Shown piece by piece: positions 37,739 to 45,395 of a DNA stretch of 45,395 nucleotides. The translations under genes were made by a program, and so were the position numbers. The stretch covers positions 1 through 45,395 of the forward strand of contig CAIQCJ010000032.1 in NCBI GenBank assembly GCA_903870315.1. Direction: 5' to 3'. Position 1 is the stretch's first letter, and each line of letters opens with the position of its first letter. Origin of the DNA: an uncultured bacterium (lineage in GTDB: Bacteria > Patescibacteriota > Minisyncoccia > Phycocordibacterales > PALSA-1337). The notes beneath the pieces were generated by a model. The model made no database searches. It was not told the DNA's origin and saw nothing but the letters and a program-made list of their open reading frames with translations.

Positions 37739-40456
37739 ATGAAGAAATATACTACGCGCATTGTTAGATTATCTATATGGACGACATTTATCTTGGCATT
37801 TTTCATACCAGATTCAGTTCACGCTGAGACTCATATCACTGACGGCTTCTTATTCGACAGTGCGACCTGGGATATACGTGGCAGTCCTTATATCATAGAT
37901 GCTGATATGTCTGTTCCGGCTGGGCGTACTCTAACTATAGGTCCCGGCGTTGTAGTGAAGGCTGATCCTGCTCTTGGTTATGCACCTAGCTTTTTCGTTG
38001 GTGGAGAGTTAAATGTTAAGGGTGCAAAAGGTAAGCCGGTAATTTTATCTGGTTTCTACAATCTCAATATATACTATGCAACGGCGACTATTTCTAGACT
38101 TGATATATCTGCTACAAAAGGGGTGGTATTGAACCACTCTAAAGCGACGATCTCCAGCTCTACTATTTATGGTTCTACAAATGGCATCTACGTGAAGGCT
38201 AGCAATGCTTCTATAGTTGGTAGTCGTATCACAGGTAATAGTTATGGTATATATGTAGATCCGGTCATGCCTGTATATCTCTATGGCTATAGTGATCCAG
38301 CTCATCAAGTAAATGTTGGAGCCATAATTCCGTCGAATGTTACAGTCACAAGTTCATCTTTGGTAGATAATAAGTTGGCGGCTATTGATAGTGCGGAAAC
38401 AACCAGTGTGGTTCAAGCCACAAACAATTGGTGGGGTGACGCCGGTGGTCCTACAGCCACTAGGGTCGCTACTAGTTCTAGGATTATGGGCCAGGTGAAT
38501 TATATTCCTTGGTCGGACCATGATCCGACCATAGAAGCTACGTCGACACCATGCTGTTCGAGCGTTTTGTTTTTACCAGGATTGGAAGGTACTTGGCTAT
38601 ACAGGTATGAACCATCATTGTTTGGGAGTATTCCACTTATTGGAGGAGTCTCGACGAACACCCTTTGGGCGCCAAACCGCAACGATGATGTACGCAAGCT
38701 CTTCTTGGATAGCAATGGCTCGAGTACTGACACGTCTATTTATTCTGGTGAGCCTATAGACAATGTTTTCAATATCTTTAGTGTCTACGGATCATTTATG
38801 AGATTTATGGATAGCCTAGTTAGCACAGGGAAAATAGGTGAGTGGAGATCCTTTGGCTATGATTGGCGTAAACCCATATCGGACGTCGTTTATAGCATAG
38901 AGAAAAAAGCTACCATGACAGAGTCTTTGGTATCTGTTGTGGAAGACTTGGCATCGCGTTCGCGTACAGGCAAAGTCACTATCATTGCTCATAGTAACGG
39001 CGGACTTGTGGCCAAGTATCTAGTTAAGGTTTTGTCTGATTCTGGTAAGGTCGATCTTGTTGATGGGGTTATTTCGGTAGCGGTGCCATATCTTGGTACA
39101 CCAGAAGCTATAAGTGCTTTATTGTATGGCGATCATCAGTCTATCGCCTACGGTCTTATTTTAAATTCTGAAGTTGCCAAACAGCTTGGTCAAAATATGT
39201 CTAGCGCTTATTCTTTATTACCATCACGTGAATACTTTTCACATACACTTGATCCATTGATAACATTTGCGGATGGTAAGAGTGTGAATTCACACGAAGG
39301 CCTGTCAGATTTCATCAGCGGTGCGTCAAATGGCTTTTTGGCTTCCGCTGGTGATGCTATTCAGTCGGTGCTCACGAATTTTTCTTGGCCAGCAAATGTT
39401 TATCGCTACTCTCTAGTCGGCTGGAATGTCGATACTCCTAAAAGTCTGGTTTATATAAATAAAGAAAAATGTTTCAGATTTTTGTGGCTCAATTTTAGTT
39501 GTTCTACTGTCTTGACGCGCTACGAAAAGACAACCATCATGGGTGATGGTACTGTCGTGGTACCAAGTGCGGCATATAGTGGTTTGACGGCGGATGGTGC
39601 AAGTCCGACAAAAGTTGTATCCATAGACTTAGCTTCAAGTTCGGCCGCTGAAAATAAAAGTTTTGATCATGTAAATATTCTTGAATCTTCGACGACACAA
39701 GCAGTTATCGGAGCTATTTTAACTGCGGACCATTCTATAAATGGTGGGTCATTACCGGGTGGGGGCTCAACCATTGGTGGGAGCGTTTTGCCCGGAGGCA
39801 CATCTTTAGGTGAACCAAATTATAATACAGAACCAGTACACTTAGTTGTGAGTGTTGATGCAGCAGCTAGTTTAGATGTTCATGATAGTTCAGGAAATCA
39901 TACTGGTTTGATCATGCCCCCAGCCGGTGTAACAGATTATGTTGTGGCGGCTTATGAAGAGAAAGTTCCTGGCAGTCATTTCTCTGTAAGCACAGACGAC
40001 AGCAATGGTAGTGGCAGTGATAGTAACGCCGACGGCATAACCAATACCTCGATTTCATTACCAAATAATAACCAGCAATATTCAGTAACGGTAAATGGTG
40101 GTGGCTTCGGTTCATTTACTTTGAATCTTGATAAAGTACAAGGCACTACTACACTTGGCCATATTGAGTTTGCTGATATACCGATGACACCATCTAGTAC
40201 AGCTACAACAATCATTGAAGTTGCTCCGAATGAGCCTATTGCCTCATCGACAAGTCCCATGAGTGTAGATATTGATGGTGATGGCACGATTGATTTTGTG
40301 GCGAGTTCGACGGTAAATTCTACGGCGCAGGATTTGATTAGTTCGACGACAGATTTGGCGACTATTTCAACCACTAGTCCAATCAGTAATAATGGCGCGA
40401 CAAATCCCAACAGTGCAGAATTATTCAAGAAATATTTGAAGAGGTTTTGCAATTAA
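37739..40456 (+). CDS. Secreted multidomain protein: beta-helix domain plus LCAT/PGAP1-like alpha/beta hydrolase
   Basis: Signal peptide; GSPYII...LTIGPGV and NNWWG; VLFLPGLEG, FGYDWRK, IIAHSNGGLV, PYLGTP, GDGTVV, DH. Confidence 0.8.
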   Translation: MKKYTTRIVRLSIWTTFILAFFIPDSVHAETHITDGFLFDSATWDIRGSPYIIDADMSVPAGRTLTIGPGVVVKADPALGYAPSFFVGGELNVKGAKGKPVILSGFYNLNIYYATATISRLDISATKGVVLNHSKATISSSTIYGSTNGIYVKASNASIVGSRITGNSYGIYVDPVMPVYLYGYSDPAHQVNVGAIIPSNVTVTSSSLVDNKLAAIDSAETTSVVQATNNWWGDAGGPTATRVATSSRIMGQVNYIPWSDHDPTIEATSTPCCSSVLFLPGLEGTWLYRYEPSLFGSIPLIGGVSTNTLWAPNRNDDVRKLFLDSNGSSTDTSIYSGEPIDNVFNIFSVYGSFMRFMDSLVSTGKIGEWRSFGYDWRKPISDVVYSIEKKATMTESLVSVVEDLASRSRTGKVTIIAHSNGGLVAKYLVKVLSDSGKVDLVDGVISVAVPYLGTPEAISALLYGDHQSIAYGLILNSEVAKQLGQNMSSAYSLLPSREYFSHTLDPLITFADGKSVNSHEGLSDFISGASNGFLASAGDAIQSVLTNFSWPANVYRYSLVGWNVDTPKSLVYINKEKCFRFLWLNFSCSTVLTRYEKTTIMGDGTVVVPSAAYSGLTADGASPTKVVSIDLASSSAAENKSFDHVNILESSTTQAVIGAILTADHSINGGSLPGGGSTIGGSVLPGGTSLGEPNYNTEPVHLVVSVDAAASLDVHDSSGNHTGLIMPPAGVTDYVVAAYEEKVPGSHFSVSTDDSNGSGSDSNADGITNTSISLPNNNQQYSVTVNGGGFGSFTLNLDKVQGTTTLGHIEFADIPMTPSSTATTIIEVAPNEPIASSTSPMSVDIDGDGTIDFVASSTVNSTAQDLISSTTDLATISTTSPISNNGATNPNSAELFKKYLKRFCN

Positions 40457-40480
40457 TTGAAAAGCATATTTAGGCAAAAG

Positions 40481-40507
40481 GAAAACGCCGTACAGGTCGG
40501 CGTTTTC
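40481..40507. terminator. Bidirectional terminator-like hairpin
   Basis: GAAAACGCCG-tacaggt-CGGCGTTTTC between convergent genes. Confidence 0.7.
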
Positions 40508-40601
40508 TAATGTGACTATATTATATACACTTCAATTTAGTTGTTAATAACAAAAAGGCCCCAATGTGGAAATAGCTACACAAGAGGCCTCTTTGGTTTT
40601 G

Positions 40602-40988
40602 TTATTTTAATTCAACCTTACCACCAGCGGCTTCGATTTGCTTCTTGAAAGCATCAGCCTCTTCTTTCTTCATACCATCCTTTAGGAGGGAAGGAGCGGC
40701 ATCAACGAGGTCCTTAGCTTCCTTGAGACCAAGGGCTAGAACTTCCTTGATAACCTTTATAACAGCGATCTTTTGCTCACCAACAGCGGCCAAGTGAACA
40801 GCGAAAGTGCTCTTCTCTTCACCAGCGGCGGCAGCAGGAGCAGTAGCGACAGCAACAGCTGCGGCTGAAACACCGAACTTCTTTTCGAGGAGTTTGACGA
40901 GCTCATTTAGATCGAGAACTGACATCTTTTCGACTGTTTCGACTAGTGTCTTGAACTTTGCAGGGATTTCTATATTTGTAGGTTCCAT
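40602..40988 (-). CDS. rplL: 50S ribosomal protein L7/L12
   Basis: [35 protein letters not shown]. Confidence 0.97.
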   Translation of the reverse strand: MEPTNIEIPAKFKTLVETVEKMSVLDLNELVKLLEKKFGVSAAAVAVATAPAAAAGEEKSTFAVHLAAVGEQKIAVIKVIKEVLALGLKEAKDLVDAAPSLLKDGMKKEEADAFKKQIEAAGGKVELK

Positions 40989-41048
40989 GTTTGTAATTGT
41001 TAATTTTTAATTGTTAAATTTTGCGCTTTGCGTCTTTAAACTTATGTC

Positions 41049-41537
41049 TTATTTCTGTTTCTTGGCTATCTGATCAAGTGCCATGACAAACCCTTGTATA
41101 GGGGAATTGATGACATTGACGAACATACCACGCAATGTATCGAGTGGAGGAATAGAAGCTATAGCTATCATTCCAGCCTTGTCCATATATGCGCCATCGA
41201 AGACTCCACCAGTAATACTCACTTGGTCTTTGAACTTCTTTTGGAATTCATAGACGTTGCGAGCTGGAGCAATAAGGTCGGTGCTGTAAGCGATACCTGA
41301 TTCACCAACAAGTGCTGGCATTGTTCCAGAGTACTTCTTTTCGGTGAGGGCTCGTTCAGTCAAAGACTTCTTGGCTACGAAATATCCGACGCCATCTTTC
41401 TTCATAGCGCGGCGCATAGTTGTAGCATCAGAAACTTTGAGACCATGGAAATTCACGAAGACGATAGACTTAGCATCGCCCATGAGCTTCCCAAGCTTCT
41501 CGATGATTTCTTTCTTTTGTATTTTTGTACGTGCCAT
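41049..41537 (-). CDS. rplJ: 50S ribosomal protein L10
   Basis: FHGLKV...RR...VAKKSL, IASIPPL; directly upstream of rplL. Confidence 0.95.
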   Translation of the reverse strand: MARTKIQKKEIIEKLGKLMGDAKSIVFVNFHGLKVSDATTMRRAMKKDGVGYFVAKKSLTERALTEKKYSGTMPALVGESGIAYSTDLIAPARNVYEFQKKFKDQVSITGGVFDGAYMDKAGMIAIASIPPLDTLRGMFVNVINSPIQGFVMALDQIAKKQK

Positions 41538-41629
41538 TTTGTAATTTCAAACAAAAGGTGCGAGGTTAATCTCGTCCCTGTTTGATATTTTTAGTTTTTT
41601 CGACCTTTATAAAAGGCCAGAGATTAGGG

Positions 41630-41725
41630 TTTTATTCCTCGGAAGGTCTTGTTGCCTACCATTTGGCTAGCCTGTCGCTTTGCCAGTGGCTTGGTGTCGG
41701 CACGCCTTCTGTCTTTGGGCCTTGG
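41630..41725 (-). ncRNA. Ribosomal protein L10 leader (autoregulatory RNA)
   Basis: Minus strand carries AAAGACAGAAGG...CCTTCCGAGG, matching the AGACAGxAGG/CCUxCCGAGG core of the L10 leader, upstream of rplJ. Confidence 0.7.
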
Positions 41726-41856
41726 CTAAGATAATCGCATAGAACATGAAATGATGCAAGCCCCGAAACATCTACGCTTATGTCTTTCATTATTCTATTT
41801 TTCTGTTAAAATGCACCGCATAGTCAAATGAATTTAATAATCTGAATATAACCACC

Positions 41857-42477
41857 ATGGAAACACTAACAGCCTTATTCGGTAGCGAATCAAAAGTCAG
41901 AATCATCCGTCTTTTCCTTTTCAGTCAAGGTGTACCTTTCTTTACGAAAGAAGTCGCAGACAGAAGTCGATGCTCTATTGGTACAACCAAAAGGGAACTG
42001 AACATACTCTTGAAATCTGACCTTATTCGTAAGCGCAAGATCACAAAAGAGGTACAAGTCAGACATGGCAAAAACATAACCCCAAAGAAAGTCAAAGGTG
42101 TCGGTTTTATTTTAAATGATAAATTCCCTTATCTAAACCCGCTCAAAACTCTTCTGACAGTAGCAAGTATCCAAGCCGATGAGTCTCTGACGAAATGTTT
42201 TGCTTCTGCTGGTAGGATCAAATATCTAGTAGCAGCTGGTGTATTTATCCAAAATTGGGATTCCAGAGTAGACCTTCTTGTTGTTGGGGAGGAACTCAAT
42301 CTATTGAAGATAGAATCCATAATAAAGTCTATAGAAGCCGAGATTGGTAAGGAGATATCATATTCCGCTTTTGATACTGAGGACTTCCAATATCGTATGG
42401 GTATACACGACCGCCTAGTTCGTGACATCTTGGACTATCCACATGTCACCCTCATAGACAAACTTAACGTGGTATAA
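41857..42477 (+). CDS. Winged-HTH plus nucleotidyltransferase-like domain protein
   Basis: LFGSESKVRIIRLF...TKRELNIL HTH; SRVDLLVVG...IEAEIGKEISY NTase-like segment. Confidence 0.65.
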   Translation: METLTALFGSESKVRIIRLFLFSQGVPFFTKEVADRSRCSIGTTKRELNILLKSDLIRKRKITKEVQVRHGKNITPKKVKGVGFILNDKFPYLNPLKTLLTVASIQADESLTKCFASAGRIKYLVAAGVFIQNWDSRVDLLVVGEELNLLKIESIIKSIEAEIGKEISYSAFDTEDFQYRMGIHDRLVRDILDYPHVTLIDKLNVV

Positions 42478-42524
42478 TAGATACATTATTAGCGTTAATT
42501 ATTAGTTAAATATAATTCAATTAT

Positions 42525-43214
42525 ATGTTATTGATTCAGAATTGGGGTGATGTATTCACCTTCTCACTTCAGAGCGTTTGGGCCGGTGTAGCACGTTTCG
42601 TGCCAGTATTGGTTATCGCTCTCATAATATTTGCCATCGGTTGGGTTTTGGCAGCTCTCATAGAGAAGCTTGTCGAAAGTCTATTCCGTGCCCTCAAGGT
42701 TGATACAGCTTTGAAGGGTGCAGGTATGGAAGAGGCGGTTAAGCGTGCAGGTTACAACTTGAACTCAGGTGCCTTCGTAGGATCTTTGGTCAAGTGGTTC
42801 ATCATAGTAGTATTTTTGATGGCTTCACTTAGCATGCTTGGTCTAGAACAGGTTAATCTTTTCTTGGCCCAGATCGTCTCATACTTGCCAAACGTTATCG
42901 TGTCAGTACTTATACTTCTCGTCGGAGCCATTATCGCTTCTACTTTGCAGAAGTTTGTAGTAGCCAGCGCCCTCGCCGCTCATTCTAAGTCAGCCGAGTT
43001 GCTTGGTCGTGTCACGAAGTGGTCTATCTGGATTTTCGCTATTTTGACAGCCCTCATTCAGCTTGGTGTCGCCGCTACATTGATCCAGATGATCTTGACG
43101 GCAATCTTCGCTGGTCTAGCTCTTGCTATCGGTTTGGCCTTCGGGCTCGGTGGTAAGGAGGTTGCAGCAAAGTTGATCGAAAAGACAGCTACCCATATAT
43201 TGAGTAAGGAGTAG
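42525..43214 (+). CDS. Mechanosensitive-channel TM-helix (CmpX/MscS N-terminal-like) membrane protein
   Basis: Repeated 'YLPNVIVSVLILLVG' helices; GLAFGLGG. Confidence 0.8.
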   Translation: MLLIQNWGDVFTFSLQSVWAGVARFVPVLVIALIIFAIGWVLAALIEKLVESLFRALKVDTALKGAGMEEAVKRAGYNLNSGAFVGSLVKWFIIVVFLMASLSMLGLEQVNLFLAQIVSYLPNVIVSVLILLVGAIIASTLQKFVVASALAAHSKSAELLGRVTKWSIWIFAILTALIQLGVAATLIQMILTAIFAGLALAIGLAFGLGGKEVAAKLIEKTATHILSKE

Positions 43215-43235
43215 TTTTCACTGAAATTTTTGAAG

Positions 43236-43267
43236 AAAAACAGCCCCTTTGCGGGGGCTGTTTTTTT
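43236..43267. terminator. Bidirectional intrinsic terminator
   Basis: AAAAACAGCCCC-tttgcg-GGGGCTGTTTTTTT. Confidence 0.85.
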
Positions 43268-43289
43268 GTTTCCAATATCATTGCTAAGA

Positions 43290-43580
43290 TTAAGCCAATC
43301 TGACGGTTAATTTTGCGTCCAATGCTTTTGCGACACGTTTCAAAAATTTTATAGAAGGATTGTAATTGCCTGTCTCTAGTCTTGATAGGGTAGCCTGGTC
43401 AATTCCAGATTTGCGAGCCAGCTCTGCCTGGGTTACGTCCTTCTTAATACGTTTATCCAAAATGTCGTTTATGATTTGGAATTCAACTTCAAGTGTTGCA
43501 TCGGCACGACGAAATTTTGCACTTCGCATTCACTTCTTACCCCAAGCTTCAAAAGTTGTATATTTTAATTTTGTATTCAT
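43290..43580 (-). pseudogene. XRE/HigA-like HTH antitoxin with an in-frame TGA at codon 17
   Basis: MNTKLKYTTFEAWGKK*MRSAKFRRADATLEVEFQII...TQAELARKSGIDQATLSRLETG. Confidence 0.7.
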
Positions 43581-43653
43581 GATGTATTGAGTATGTGTCA
43601 TATATGCAAGTTAGCATATTTTGATAAAGATTTTGGCACTATTTCTCCCCAGC

Positions 43654-43713
43654 TTATCCACATATTGGTCGATCTCTGAAAACGCTTGACATTTTTTCGT
43701 CCGCAAGTATACT
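43654..43713 (+). promoter_or_regulatory. DnaA box plus rRNA promoter
   Basis: TTATCCACA at 43654-62; TTGACA (43686-91), 16 nt spacer, TATACT (43708-13). Confidence 0.75.
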
Positions 43714-43968
43714 TATGCCTACGTCAGAATGATTATGAGAAACACCACTTATCTGCGGCTATAGCCACACCCCCTAACAGGAGTGTGTATGTTGCCGCTC
43801 AATGAAGCGGTTTTTCTTTTCAGAACGAATGTTGTTTGAAAATTTCATACTTCAAGTTAGATAAGTCATTTTAGACCGATGAAACCCAGCGGTGGATGTA
43901 TTTGGTTTTTATTATGACTTTGTAAAGTAAGTAATGTAGGTAAGTAACAAGCGGTTCTTAGATTTCCT

Positions 43969-45395
<1,427 letters not shown>

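Noticed and set aside
1325..42428. Numerous short overlapping or antisense ORFs in the ORF track
   Set aside because: They lie within well-supported genes on the other strand or frame and show no motifs.
43530..43532. TGA recoding (genetic code 25)
   Set aside because: TGA terminates intact genes here (glyQS, recO, AI-2E, tatD), and conserved genes show no internal TGA.

Overview
A 45.4-kb chromosomal window from a small-genome bacterium, by gene content very likely Patescibacteria/CPR (Parcubacteria-like). Supporting signs: alpha2-type GlyRS, DsbA-VKOR, rplK with no adjacent rplA, a 23S rRNA gene with no upstream 16S, and an EF-P without the PGKG loop. The genetic code is standard (code 11). 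Most of the window is housekeeping: secE-nusG-rplK; a thymidylate/folate cluster (folA, CYTH, dcd, thyA, glyA); argS, ileS, recO, glyQS, metG, tatD; rpsF-ssb-rpsR; efp, recA, ftsK; rplJ-rplL; and the 5' part of 23S rRNA. The main accessory feature is an island between argS and ileS with a toxin-antitoxin pair and a degenerate diversity-generating retroelement (DGR). Its C-type-lectin-like target gene ends in what looks like the template repeat itself, followed by a convergent avd and a reverse transcriptase, both apparently 5'-truncated by one deletion. Other notable items: an IS end interrupting queA, a histidine-phosphatase domain inside IleRS, a duplicated promoter with five 11-bp repeats, a possible leader-peptide attenuator upstream of the 23S gene, a structured RNA upstream of glyA, and widespread near-leaderless promoters. 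All family assignments come from motif recognition by eye; no database searches were run.
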